A DNA stretch of 40,641 nt from an uncultured bacterium (lineage in GTDB: Bacteria; CSSED10-310; CAZUFC01). A program made the position numbers and the translations under genes. A model generated the notes under the pieces. It was not told the origin of the DNA, searched no databases, and worked only from the letters and a program-made list of their open reading frames with translations. The DNA lies in the NCBI GenBank assembly GCA_964619725.1, contig CAZUFC010000077.1, forward strand, positions 1 to 40,641, in the 5' to 3' direction. Position 1 is the stretch's first letter; each line of letters starts with the position of its first letter. Positions 27,211-37,410 of this stretch are shown in pieces.

Positions 27211-28431
27211 ATGAATTTTTCAGATTATTCACGATCAGCATGGAGTTATTTTTTGGCCGGCGTTTCATTTTTTCTTTTTGCAGGTTGTGCGAGCGTCGGG
27301 ATGAAGCCTCAGCCGGATAAGGCGGAATTGAGCGGCGTTCCGGAGGAATACCGGGAAGGGATAGAAGAGCGCATGGAGTGGGCAGGGGAGAACAGGGAAG
27401 AAGTCATTACATTTTTGAACATGTTGCCGCCTGAAGAGCTTTGGGCGGGATGGTTTACGGCGGCTAATCTTCCGCCGCGTGATTTAGGGATCATAACAGC
27501 TGAGGAGTTATCGGCGAATCATCGGCTGGCGTTTCGCGCCCGTTCTGAACTGCCTTGGGGTAAGGCGATGCCGGATTCTCATTTTCTTCATTACGTGCTG
27601 CCGTATCATGTCAGCCAGGAGCCTGTCCAGTCGTGGCGGTCGGCGCTTTATGAAGAGCTCAGGGATCGGGTGAAGGAGATATCGGACATGAAGGAGGCTG
27701 CGCTTGAGATCAATCGTTGGGCCGCGGAGAAGATCAAGTTCAAGCAGACCGAATTCAGGGACCAGGGACCTTTGACGTCCATCCGTCATGGGATCGGGCG
27801 ATGCGAAGAGATGATGATTTTGTATATAGCGGCGGCCCGGACTGTATGCATACCGGCTCGACCGTGCAGTACGCCCTGGTGGCCGTTTACGGACAATAAC
27901 CATGCCTGGGTTGAAGTATGGTGCGACGGGAAGTGGTATTCGCTTGGGGCTGCCGAACCGGCGCCGACATTGAGCGAGGCCTGGTTCAGCAAGTCTGCGC
28001 AACGGGCAGTTATGGTGAGAAGCATAGGTTTCGGCGTTATGGACCAGGAAAAGACGGAAGAGCGAATTTATCGGACAGGGGACGATTTCACCATAATCAA
28101 CAGCACGCCCGTTTATACCGATCCCTGTGAGATTGAGGTCCAGGTATATCGTGATGAAGAGCCTTCGGTCGATACTGCGGTTTATCTTTCTGTTTTTAAC
28201 TATGGGGTGTTCCGGGCTGTAGCGGCAAAGAAAACCGACGATGCCGGCATAGCGGAGTTCGTTGCAGGCCCCGGACAGATGCTGATTACTGCAGGCGATG
28301 ATGAGTTGAAGGCTATGCAGGTCGTCACGGCTTCACCGGAAAAGACTGTTGAGGTGACTTTTGATCTGGCGGAACAATATACGATGCCGGAAACGTTATG
28401 GTTGCATTATCCTTTGCCGGAGGGTGAGTGA
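27211..28431 (+). CDS. Transglutaminase-like (TGc) lipoprotein
   Basis: Lipobox FAGC; FLHYVLPY..SQEP..WR, GRCEE catalytic Cys, IPAR, NHAWVEVW.DGKW. Confidence 0.9.
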   Translation: MNFSDYSRSAWSYFLAGVSFFLFAGCASVGMKPQPDKAELSGVPEEYREGIEERMEWAGENREEVITFLNMLPPEELWAGWFTAANLPPRDLGIITAEELSANHRLAFRARSELPWGKAMPDSHFLHYVLPYHVSQEPVQSWRSALYEELRDRVKEISDMKEAALEINRWAAEKIKFKQTEFRDQGPLTSIRHGIGRCEEMMILYIAAARTVCIPARPCSTPWWPFTDNNHAWVEVWCDGKWYSLGAAEPAPTLSEAWFSKSAQRAVMVRSIGFGVMDQEKTEERIYRTGDDFTIINSTPVYTDPCEIEVQVYRDEEPSVDTAVYLSVFNYGVFRAVAAKKTDDAGIAEFVAGPGQMLITAGDDELKAMQVVTASPEKTVEVTFDLAEQYTMPETLWLHYPLPEGE

Positions 28432-28432
28432 T

Positions 28433-29977
28433 ATGAAACGACTGTTCATTATTATAGTTATGGTTTTTTACGGCTTGTTGAGAATGAATGCCGCTGTTTT
28501 TTCAGATGAAAAGGTTGATGTGACGAATGAGGAGGAGCAGGCGAAGTCTTCAATAAGATCGATGCCCTGGGCGGAAGCAATGTCCGAATCAGCGATGGAT
28601 AAGCTGGAAGAAGTCCTGGGGAGAAGCGCCGGCAATCGGGAGCAAATAGAAAAAGCCTTGAACATGTGTTCCAATGAGGAATCCGGCGATATGGTTACTG
28701 TCGTAACTGAGCTGCGGACGCTTGATCTTCTGGACGTTTCGGCTGAACAGTTGATGCATGTGGTACGTGAAGCCCGGTTAGTTCGCGGATTCTATCCGGA
28801 TATTAAGTTTGATGATGTAATATATCATGAGGGATTGTTGGAACCTTTCATCAGTCCTTATGAACACTTGAGGAACTGGCGGAAATTTCTGAGGGGACGA
28901 TTTGAGAATCTGAGGGAAGAAGAGATACAAAAAACGGTCGATAACGTCGTCGTATGGCTAAGGGATAATTTTAACGTCAGGAATCTTAAATGTTACTTCG
29001 GACCGCTGCAGGACCCTGGTTCCCTCGTCAGGACGGGTTGGGGCAGCGAATACCAGCGGGATATACTTTGCGTCGCCATGCTGAGAAGCCTCGGCGTCCC
29101 GTCGCTGCTTTCACGTATTGAACCCGGGGCCGTCGACTTCCATAACGGCCAGGAATGGCGTACAATAAAAATATCCTCTGGTATGGAAAAAACGACAGAT
29201 GACCAGGAGGCTGCGGAAAAAGAACCGGGATCAATACTCGTAGAATTGAAATTACGTGGGATACCGGTGAAAAATACTCACTCTTTCGGTTTCAGTCAAT
29301 GGAAAGGCGGCGCCTGGAAACCGCTCGATACGCGTGACTTCCCCATGCAGATTGAGAAGGAGGATGAGAATTACCGGGTGAGTCTGCCGAAGGGACAATA
29401 CCTTTTTACCGCCGGTACGCGTAACTTCAAGGGCGATCCTTATATTCATACGCGCATTATAGATGTCGAACCGGGATCAGAACAGACTGTTTCCATGAAC
29501 CTGGATATGCCGTTCAGCGAGAGAAAAGGCAGCGACCGATACGCTCGAAAATTGGACAAAATCCCTGGGGTAACCTTATCGGTAAAAGATACTGGAGATT
29601 TTTCCTTAAACGGGCTCCTAAAGGAGAATCATGTTATGCTGGTCTTCTATGATCCCGGCGAGGAACCGAGCGCTCGCATGATGCCTTTGATTTTTGAAAT
29701 GAAGGATGAGCTGAAGCAAGCGGGAGCAGTCAGCTTTATGATCCGATGCGGGACTGTGGAGTCAGAATGGGAGAAGACGCCATTTCATGAAGTCGAAGAT
29801 GCCAGGGGTGAAATTGCTGCAGCTTTTAACTTGAAAAGAAACGACGACGGAAGCATTAAGAATCTCCCGTCCGTTGTATTGATGAAGAAAGGCGGTGAGT
29901 TTCATTTCTGGACGGAAGGTTACAACCTGTCCGTGGCTTCTTTGTTAAGGGATGCGCTGGATGATTTAAAGGATTAA
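28433..29977 (+). CDS. Secreted degenerate transglutaminase-like protein with C-terminal thioredoxin-like domain
   Basis: ATG 28433 with RBS GGAGGG, 1 nt after the upstream stop; EHLRNWR, VAMLRSLGVPS without GxC/NHAW; C-terminal VMLVFY.PGEEPS...LPSVVL...EGY. Confidence 0.75.
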   Translation: MKRLFIIIVMVFYGLLRMNAAVFSDEKVDVTNEEEQAKSSIRSMPWAEAMSESAMDKLEEVLGRSAGNREQIEKALNMCSNEESGDMVTVVTELRTLDLLDVSAEQLMHVVREARLVRGFYPDIKFDDVIYHEGLLEPFISPYEHLRNWRKFLRGRFENLREEEIQKTVDNVVVWLRDNFNVRNLKCYFGPLQDPGSLVRTGWGSEYQRDILCVAMLRSLGVPSLLSRIEPGAVDFHNGQEWRTIKISSGMEKTTDDQEAAEKEPGSILVELKLRGIPVKNTHSFGFSQWKGGAWKPLDTRDFPMQIEKEDENYRVSLPKGQYLFTAGTRNFKGDPYIHTRIIDVEPGSEQTVSMNLDMPFSERKGSDRYARKLDKIPGVTLSVKDTGDFSLNGLLKENHVMLVFYDPGEEPSARMMPLIFEMKDELKQAGAVSFMIRCGTVESEWEKTPFHEVEDARGEIAAAFNLKRNDDGSIKNLPSVVLMKKGGEFHFWTEGYNLSVASLLRDALDDLKD

Positions 29978-30039
29978 AATGCGTTGATCAGTCCCTTCTT
30001 TCTGTTCATCGAATGGTCTTCGAAGAAAGCCATAAAATT

Positions 30040-30224
30040 CTGAGCTCCTGACAATGTGCCTGAAAAGAATTGTGAATTTTTTTGATGAAAACGGATCACG
30101 GTTCAAATCATATCAATATTGCTTGTCGTGAAATCCAAAAATATTTCACAATAATTTTGCCGATTTAGTGAGAGTAAAAATCTATTAAAATCAATTGGTT
30201 GACTCGGGTATGTCAAGAGTTCTG
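30040..30224. mobile_element. 185-bp MITE, family C
   Basis: TIRs CTGAGCTCCTGACA / TGTCAAGAGTTCTG (11/14); 5-bp duplication AAATT at 30035-30039 and 30225-30229. Confidence 0.8.
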
Positions 30225-30231
30225 AAATTAT

Positions 30232-30507
30232 GGCATTGATCAAAAGTGCACATTTCGAGGTTCCAATCTGTGCTGAATTTACTCGAAGTATTTCCGAACA
30301 GCTCTGCCTTCCATTACTTTATTATAGCCGCCGAAACGCAAATTTACTGCGCTCCTTCAGAGCTTTCATTTTTCTTGTCTTACCCAGGGTTGCGCTCCGC
30401 TTCGCTTCGCTTAACCCTGGGCTTTCGTACAGCGCTCCTTCGGAGCTTAAGAGTTTTTTGGATCAATCCAAATTGTAACCCTTAAATACCGAATTTTGAT
30501 TAGCGCT
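30232..30507. mobile_element. MITE-like element bounded by two family A ends and carrying a REP-like cassette
   Basis: GGCATTGATCAAAA..GAGGTTCCAAT at left, AATTGTAACC..TTTTGATTAGCGCT at right. Confidence 0.6.
30349..30447. repeat. REP-like palindromic cassette
   Basis: GCGCTCCTTCAGAGCT ... CCCAGGGTT-GCGCTCCGCTTCGCTTCGCTT-AACCCTGGG ... GCGCTCCTTCGGAGCT. Confidence 0.7.
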
Positions 30508-30818
30508 ATAAATTGAAAAAAGCTCATAAAACAGCTCATGCTGCATAGTCAACTTTTTGGTTAAGGCTGTCGAGAGCCAATCCAACCATCCCGTCTTTCA
30601 ACATTCATCCTGATGAAGTGAAATGCTCACATGCACATGCAAACTGCCGTTTGATCTCAACCCCCCTTGGTGAGTTTTGCTGTTAATCATTTGATTTAAT
30701 GATCCAATTTGGTAATATCGTTCTTGTTCATGGTTGCAGGTTTCGACGTTTCTGATTCGCATGAACAGGAGAGGTTTTAAGTTTTTTTGTCACCTATGGC
30801 TCAAAGGAACATTTTAAC

Positions 30819-31772
30819 ATGAAAAAAATGATTGCAGGATTAATCGTTTGTCTGGTCGTTTTCAGTTGCTCGGTAGAACGTGAAGGGGAGGAAGAAGGAA
30901 CCTCGTCCTTGCATTTTAAGGAGTTTACGAGGAAAATCGAGGAAAGCCTGGAGACGGGGGCTTCATGTGATTTAATTGTTTCCGTGGATGATTGCGAAAT
31001 GGAAATTACAGGATGGGATGAACCTGGAGTTTCAATTACGGGCGAATTAGTGATATCCGCGCCGAATCGGGAAAAGGCGGATGATGTGTATGAATCTTTC
31101 AGCATAACCGGCGATAATGGCGAGGTTTCCATTCGTCATGAGGGCGATTCCGTCAAGGTAGTTTCAGGGGGATGCGGTTGCAACGTCATTCGAACCTGCA
31201 CGGCAAGCTTTAACTGTGAATTGCGCGTTCCTTATGAAACTGTGTTGCAATTGGATGTGGACGACGGTTTCGCGAATATCAGGGAGATTGCAGGAAACAT
31301 TGAAATAGACGGCGATGATCTTGATGTCGACATTCAGAATATAAAAGCGGGAAGTCTGGACATTAATCTCGATGACGGCGAAATAAACGGTTCGGCCATT
31401 GAAGGACATATCAAAATTAACGTCGATGACGGAAACGTTGACTTGAATGCCGTAGTTTCCGACAAAATAAGCGTTGCCGCAGATGACGGCGATCTGGCCG
31501 TTGAAACGACAGTGGACGCGAACGGCAGTTACGAGTTTAATACCGATGACGGAGACATCACGTTTGCAATTCCGGAGGATGCCGGGCTGGAAATTGATAT
31601 AACGAAAGACGACGGCAAATTCGAATGCGAATTTCCTTTAGAAGGAAGCATGGATCATAATAAAATAAAAGGTAAAATCGGCGGCGCCGCCGCCCGCTTG
31701 AAAATAAACACGGACGACGGCGATATCCATATCAAAAAAGCGGCAGCGAAAAGAGAATTAATAAGATTGTAA
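30819..31772 (+). CDS. DUF4097-like beta-strand repeat lipoprotein (putative adhesin)
   Basis: Lipobox VFSC; repeated xDDG(D/E/N)I/V/L turns; ELRVP; LKINTDDGDIHIKK terminus. Confidence 0.8.
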   Translation: MKKMIAGLIVCLVVFSCSVEREGEEEGTSSLHFKEFTRKIEESLETGASCDLIVSVDDCEMEITGWDEPGVSITGELVISAPNREKADDVYESFSITGDNGEVSIRHEGDSVKVVSGGCGCNVIRTCTASFNCELRVPYETVLQLDVDDGFANIREIAGNIEIDGDDLDVDIQNIKAGSLDINLDDGEINGSAIEGHIKINVDDGNVDLNAVVSDKISVAADDGDLAVETTVDANGSYEFNTDDGDITFAIPEDAGLEIDITKDDGKFECEFPLEGSMDHNKIKGKIGGAAARLKINTDDGDIHIKKAAAKRELIRL

Positions 31773-32054
31773 GTTTTCTGCAATAGTTGAGAACGCATTG
31801 TTTCGTGCAGTTCACCGTTTAATAGTGAAGAAGAATCTTAATTTGGATTTAAAATCGGCTGTGATCGACAACAAATATCTCGGGTTCAGAATATTTATGA
31901 CAGATTTATTATCGACGGTGAATGTGATTGGAATCGACAGCAATTTGAATTCAGATTAGAAGAAAAGGAACCGGCAAATCGCTAATACGGCGCCTTCTTA
32001 TACGTATCTGCTCAGCATAAGTATATAAGCCTCAATCATAGTAAAAAGGGAGTT

Positions 32055-32258
32055 CACACATCCTGAAATCGACTGACAAAATACTGTGAAATGTTTGATG
32101 AAAAAACTTCAATCGATCAAAAAAATCAAGAAAAACAAAGGCCCCCCGCTTGCGGGGGGATATGGGGGGGCAAAAAAATGCACAATTATTATGCCGAGGC
32201 TCAGTGTGAAAAAATCAATTGATTTCAATATGTTAGGTTGTACTTGTCAGGAGTTCTG
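32055..32258. mobile_element. 204-bp MITE, family C, with internal CCCCCGCTTGCGGGGG palindrome
   Basis: Ends CACACATCCTGAAA / TGTCAGGAGTTCTG; 5-bp duplication GAGTT at 32050-32054 and 32259-32263; colinear with 30040-30224. Confidence 0.75.
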
Positions 32259-32320
32259 GAGTTTAAATCTTTGGTGTCTGTTTGGTAAAGTTAAATTGTC
32301 GCGAGAAGAAAGGATTTTTC

Positions 32321-33075
32321 ATGAGAATATTCAGTGTTGTTGAAGACAAATTTAAGGAATATAAGAAAATAAACTTTCAAACTTCCTACGAGGAGACGAT
32401 ACTTGAAAATTGGCTGGAAAAGAACCCTGAAGGCATATTGGAAGATGGTGATCTTATGATTATCGGCAGGCAGACAGAACCAATTTAGGGAGCGTTATCG
32501 ACTTGTTAGGAGCAGATCGTGAAGGGGATATGGTTGTTATTGAGTTAAAAAGAGACAGGACTCCTCGCGATACTTTGGCGCAAGCATTGGAGTATGCTTC
32601 ATTTATAGAGGATTTGGATTCTGAGCAAATATCGTCGATTCTTCGGAATTATCTTGGCGATGAATCAGGTAGTCTTGCAGAATGCCATCGTGACTATTTT
32701 AATATTAAACCAGAAGAGACCGTTGCCTTCAATAAAGATCAACGTATCGTAATTATAGGTCAGGATGTAACGGATGAAATACGGCAGACCTCTTCCTTCC
32801 TGAGGAAAAAAGGGTTAAGAGTAACTTGTATTGAATTTTCATTTTTTCAAGCGGAGGGGGGATTAAAATTACTTTCTCATGAAATTGTGATAGGTCGTGA
32901 ACCCTTGAAAATTTCAAAAGTTGAATCAGGAAGCCGTGTAAAGATAACAGAAGAGGAATTTATTGATTCTTTGGATAAGAATGGCAAACAGGTATTCAGG
33001 AAAACCCTTGATCATGCCGCTGATAATTCCTTGCCCGTTCATTCAGAAGAATCCGCTGGAGGTCGTAAAAGCTGA
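32321..33075 (+). pseudogene. NucS/DUF91-like PD-(D/E)xK endonuclease domain protein, frameshifted near 32474
   Basis: E..LENWLEKNP...IIGRQ, then the -1 frame RTNLGSVIDLLGADREGDMVVIELKRDRTPRDTLAQALEYA. Confidence 0.8.
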
Positions 33076-33166
33076 ATCCCGTGCCGTACACAAGGTCTGG
33101 GAATCGCGTTAAACAATTTGCATGAGGAATCCGGGCTGACCTTCCGTTCTTTCTCTCGCCGGCTTT

Positions 33167-34870
33167 CTATTGAGGATATGAATTTCGGCTGTCTGATGTA
33201 CTGCGTTGAGCTTTCAAATCTATCAGGCCTGTCGTATATCTGACGAAGCAGCGAACCAAAAAACGAAACAGATGTATAGCTTGAAAGGGTTTGGAACGGA
33301 TGATTTTCATCATCATATTTGCTGATTTTACCGGGTAAATACCATTAAGACGCTTTTGCAGGAAGGGTGACTTGAAACAGGTAGCGATAAGCAGTTTTTT
33401 CAATCTGGTTTCGCTTTTTCGCATATCGGCCGTTTTTGAGCCGATTAATAGTTCCGGGTGTCGTCGGTAAATGGCTCGATTCGACAGGAAATCTGTCAAC
33501 CATTTCGGTATGGCGGGATTGCCCAAGCTCATTATCAGGAAAAGCCAGTAAGCTCGCTTCAGATTCTGCTGTCGGGGAGTCCCGCCTTCATTCCAATAAA
33601 TTTTCCGCAGGTTGCCGTCAATATCGTCCAACAGATTCTGAACCAGTTCATCCCCTGTGGTAGAACCTTCGGCCACAGCACGCCGGGCTAAAGTCGTACC
33701 GGGGAAAACGACCAGGTTATGCATGCTTACGCTATAAGGCCTGCGCAAACTCGACAGCAATTCGAACGTTTCCTCCAGCTCTGTCGGACTTTCCCATTCA
33801 TGTTCAATAATAAAATCATACCTGACGTCAATTTGATGCTTCAACAGTATTTCATGTGAAAGCTTTATGGCTTTTCGGCTTTCATGCCGCAGAAATACAT
33901 CTTTCCTGGTAATATCCGATCCGCTTTCGATGCCTAAAACCGCCTCTTTCAATCCCGCGGATTTCAATGCGGCTATGTTGCGGTCGTCCGTCATATTAGG
34001 ATTCAACCATATCCTGAACGGCAATTCAATGTCGCTGTAACGCTCAGCAAAATCCTCCACCCAATCAGCATCGGAAGGAAAAGTGTCGTCTATAAAAAAG
34101 ATATAGGGCGGGCAGGACCTCTGTTCCAGAACAGACTTTATTTCTGTTATCACGTTTTCAGGCGATCTCGACCTGATGTATGTCCCGGGTTCATAAAGCG
34201 CCTGAATGGAAGCGTTTGCGCAATAGCTGCATTTGAAAGGACATCCTCTCGTGCAACGAGTGGCGTAAGGAACCGGAAATTTTTTGACCGGGTCCCCTTC
34301 GATGACCGAACCGTCAAAGAGAATGAAAAATTTGCCTTCATCGCCGATGTCCTGGAAAGGCAATGCGTCGAGTTCACATGGAGGATTTCGCCTGATATGT
34401 CGTTTGCTCTGCCGGGACATTATGCCTGCGATTTCATCATCATCATCATCATCATTACCCGCTCCCGAAAGGCGCCGGCATAACTCCGTCATGGATTCTT
34501 CTCCTTCTCCGATACAGATATAATCAAAAGGCGCTTCTTCGAGGCAGAAACCGGGCATTAACGTCGGATGAACGCCGCCCAAAACAACCGGAATCTCTGA
34601 AATTGATTTTATCGTTGAAGCTATACGGCAGGCGATGGGGTGATAAAAGAAGGTCAGCGCGCTGATGCCGACCAGATCAGGTTGCAAATTGCGCAGGATA
34701 TCTTCGAGCGACTGGTATTGATCCTCACTCTTTTCCATTTTATTCCCAAGAAATTCAATACCGAAAAAGATGCTATAGACTTCAAAACCGTTGTTTTTCA
34801 GGTGGGAAGAGAGACAACGGAATCCGTAGGCATTGGTATTATTGATGCTGACCAGACAAATCCTGAACAC
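33167..34870 (-). CDS. B12-binding domain radical SAM protein
   Basis: PDLVGIS, VVLGGVHPT, GEGE, TRGCPFKCSYC (CxxxCxxC), FIDDTF, GIESGS, PGT motifs. Confidence 0.92.
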   Translation of the reverse strand: MFRICLVSINNTNAYGFRCLSSHLKNNGFEVYSIFFGIEFLGNKMEKSEDQYQSLEDILRNLQPDLVGISALTFFYHPIACRIASTIKSISEIPVVLGGVHPTLMPGFCLEEAPFDYICIGEGEESMTELCRRLSGAGNDDDDDDEIAGIMSRQSKRHIRRNPPCELDALPFQDIGDEGKFFILFDGSVIEGDPVKKFPVPYATRCTRGCPFKCSYCANASIQALYEPGTYIRSRSPENVITEIKSVLEQRSCPPYIFFIDDTFPSDADWVEDFAERYSDIELPFRIWLNPNMTDDRNIAALKSAGLKEAVLGIESGSDITRKDVFLRHESRKAIKLSHEILLKHQIDVRYDFIIEHEWESPTELEETFELLSSLRRPYSVSMHNLVVFPGTTLARRAVAEGSTTGDELVQNLLDDIDGNLRKIYWNEGGTPRQQNLKRAYWLFLIMSLGNPAIPKWLTDFLSNRAIYRRHPELLIGSKTADMRKSETRLKKLLIATCFKSPFLQKRLNGIYPVKSANMMMKIIRSKPFQAIHLFRFLVRCFVRYTTGLIDLKAQRSTSDSRNSYPQ

Positions 34871-35032
34871 CGGCTTCTGTCCTCTCTGATGATTCCTTGC
34901 GGCAGGGCGCTTCCGTCATTACGATTAATTTTGCAGACCTCATTTTTTAGGCTTTCCAACCACAGATTCATACTCCGCTGAGAATCTGCGGAAGAAAAAG
35001 GTTAGGAAAACCGGGCAGAAAAGTCAATTTTG

Positions 35033-35176
35033 GGGGACTGAACAAACCGGAGTTACACTTTTTTCAAGACTTTTGACAGTTTGTTTCAGTAATCGGGATC
35101 AAAATCGAAATTTAAACAAAATGATGGGATATTCGGAAGAATTGTAATCTCAAAAGAGATATTTTTGATCAATGCC
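35033..35176 (+). repeat. Family A dispersed repeat
   Basis: GGGGACTGAACAAACCGGAGTTACAC ... AATTGTAATCTCAAAAGAGATATTTTTGATCAATGCC. Confidence 0.8.
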
Positions 35177-35204
35177 AATCTTTGCCGGGTTCCGGTTTAC
35201 CTTT

Positions 35205-37061
35205 TCAAGGATTCCAGGCGCCTAAATAATACCTGTCGTCCTGCGCTTCAGTATTCACGATTTTCACCCTACGCCAATCCCCGGGAACAAACAGCCCGAT
35301 GTATACACGAAGAGTTTTCTCCAGGGCTGTTTCCGGAATTTTTATCACGTAACGCTCATTGATATGACCTTGTTCATCGGTTGAAACCGTGAATCCCCTT
35401 GCCAGGTAATGATCGTGGCCGAAAAGGATGCGATCGTTCTGATCTTCAAAATGAACGAATATTTTGAAGACGGGGGTTTTAATTGAAGTAATTTTCCACT
35501 CATAATGGAGCAGCGCGTACGTTTCGGATATCATGCGAAAATCAAACCCAGTAAATCTTACATCATTATCGAATAAAACGTCGGTTTTCATATCAGCTGC
35601 CGGGACCGGACTTTTTTTCATGTCGAAGAGGATGTAATCGAAAGGCAGGAAAAGGGCGGGATGTCTGTTTATGAGGAACTCCTGGAAGGTGTAGTCGTCA
35701 GTAATGAAGCAACTGATTTTTCCCGAAGCCGCCATATAATCAAATTTTTTCCAGCTTGTGACGTCGTAAAGAATTTTACGGCCGCTGTAATCGATATAGG
35801 GTGAACTGAAGGGTTTATCGACGGCAACGCCTGCGAGGGGTTCTGTCATTGCGGATATGACTTTTCCGAGCATGAAGTTTTCATGGTTCGTATTTTCCAG
35901 TGAGTACAAAGTATGAGTATTTTTTACAGCAAATACCAGGAATAGCGCTGCGAAAAGGACAGATAAGGATTTACGACGCCTGGGCATAGCCAGGGCGGCT
36001 GTCGCCGATACGCCGGGTGTCAGCAGCGCTGTGCAATACATATGGTCATAAATCATTTTCGAGAAAATTATTCCGTAACAAATATAAATGCCGGGAATGA
36101 AAAAGATGACCAGTTTTTCTGCGGTAAAGCGCGATCTCAATTTGTTGCCGAACAGAGACAGAAGAATCAGCGCGGTAACAGGAAAAGTAAATGCCGACAG
36201 GAAGTATTCGAGAAGCCTGGAATAAAAACTCGGTTCCGTCAGCAAATCAAGACGCAGACGTTCGGCCAGGGTGTGATCGAGCAATCCTTTGTATGTCGGA
36301 GTCATATAGGACGGCCATTGCGACTGGGCGCTGGAGAAAGAGCCTGTGAGGGAATAACAGATGAAGGAATGAACAGCGAATGCTGCCAGTCCGGCGAACA
36401 GGAGGAGGAAAATTCCGTATCCTTTTCGGTTTAAGATATATCTGTAATGAAATACGGCGATGGGCGCCAGGAAAAAACCCATCCAGGAGGAAGCGGCGCT
36501 CAGGAGGAAAAAGAGCAGGAGAAGGAGAAAGGAGCCGGCATTTTTTTTTATAATCCAGAGGTAATAGGAGAGGACGAAAGCGAAGAAGAAGGGATGTGCC
36601 AGGGCCATAATTTTACTGAAGTATTGGTTTGTGGGCAAAAAGGCGAAAAAAAAGCAGGTCCATGCGGCAATTCTTTTATTCCAGAGGGAGGAAACGAGGT
36701 AGAAGAAGAGAATCAGGGAGACAAGGAAGAGGAAAACGAGAGTAGTTCTCGTATACATGAAGGAGGGACGGAAAATTTTAGCTGTAGGAGCGATGAAGTA
36801 ATAATTAAGATAAGGATGGTTGAGGTAGTAGATGAACCGGTCATTGAGCGGATTAACATTGATGACGGGAGCGACAGCAGCATCCTTGCCGTATTCGATC
36901 ATATTCCTTGCGATCATGGTTTTTTCGATCACGTCGAACTCGTGGTATCCGAAAGGCTCCCTGTCGATCTGATAGAGCTGGCTTTCCAGGAACAATACCG
37001 TGATCAGAATTAAAATCAGGGTATAAGGAAAGCGGCGTTTGTTTTTTGCGTCAGCGTTCAT
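35205..37061 (-). CDS. GT39/ArnT-like (GT-C fold) polytopic membrane glycosyltransferase with C-terminal soluble domain
   Basis: Many TM segments; YYLNHP, ARN, HMY motifs; C-terminal KIFVHF...DH...YIGLF domain; start uncertain (37061 or 37157). Confidence 0.75.
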   Translation of the reverse strand: MNADAKNKRRFPYTLILILITVLFLESQLYQIDREPFGYHEFDVIEKTMIARNMIEYGKDAAVAPVINVNPLNDRFIYYLNHPYLNYYFIAPTAKIFRPSFMYTRTTLVFLFLVSLILFFYLVSSLWNKRIAAWTCFFFAFLPTNQYFSKIMALAHPFFFAFVLSYYLWIIKKNAGSFLLLLLFFLLSAASSWMGFFLAPIAVFHYRYILNRKGYGIFLLLFAGLAAFAVHSFICYSLTGSFSSAQSQWPSYMTPTYKGLLDHTLAERLRLDLLTEPSFYSRLLEYFLSAFTFPVTALILLSLFGNKLRSRFTAEKLVIFFIPGIYICYGIIFSKMIYDHMYCTALLTPGVSATAALAMPRRRKSLSVLFAALFLVFAVKNTHTLYSLENTNHENFMLGKVISAMTEPLAGVAVDKPFSSPYIDYSGRKILYDVTSWKKFDYMAASGKISCFITDDYTFQEFLINRHPALFLPFDYILFDMKKSPVPAADMKTDVLFDNDVRFTGFDFRMISETYALLHYEWKITSIKTPVFKIFVHFEDQNDRILFGHDHYLARGFTVSTDEQGHINERYVIKIPETALEKTLRVYIGLFVPGDWRRVKIVNTEAQDDRYYLGAWNP

Positions 37062-37410
37062 ATTCGGCGAAACTTCACTTTCCGTTAAGAGGTTGAATAA
37101 AGGTAACGAACGGAAATCGGCCTCTGTTGCGAGTAAGAAAACAGAATGCAGACTCATCGAGAAAACAGCGCAATGACTCCGTCCGAAGCGACTTTTGGAG
37201 AGTAATGAAAAAGGATAAGTGAGTCAAGATGCTTGATTATGGTTTGTATAGGCTTGAAGCTGGAGGACGATTGCCGGATACTCTTTGGTATGCTTTCTGG
37301 TGAGGTGCGCCGCATTCTTGAACATATGACCTTTGAGATTCTCCTGTGTGCGTGTGCGGTCCGCTGAGTCAGCAGTATAAAAAGCCGCTGTTAACATGTA
37401 TGTTATGAGT

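Noticed and set aside
31790-31985. Coding-like fragment (FGFKIGCDRQQISRVQNIYDRFIIDGECDWNRQQFEF)
   Set aside because: No start codon, in-frame stop upstream and no family I can recognise
36042-37013. Glu-rich plus-strand ORFs and other antisense ORFs within long genes
   Set aside because: Shadow frames of the Phe/Leu-rich membrane gene and other well-supported CDSs
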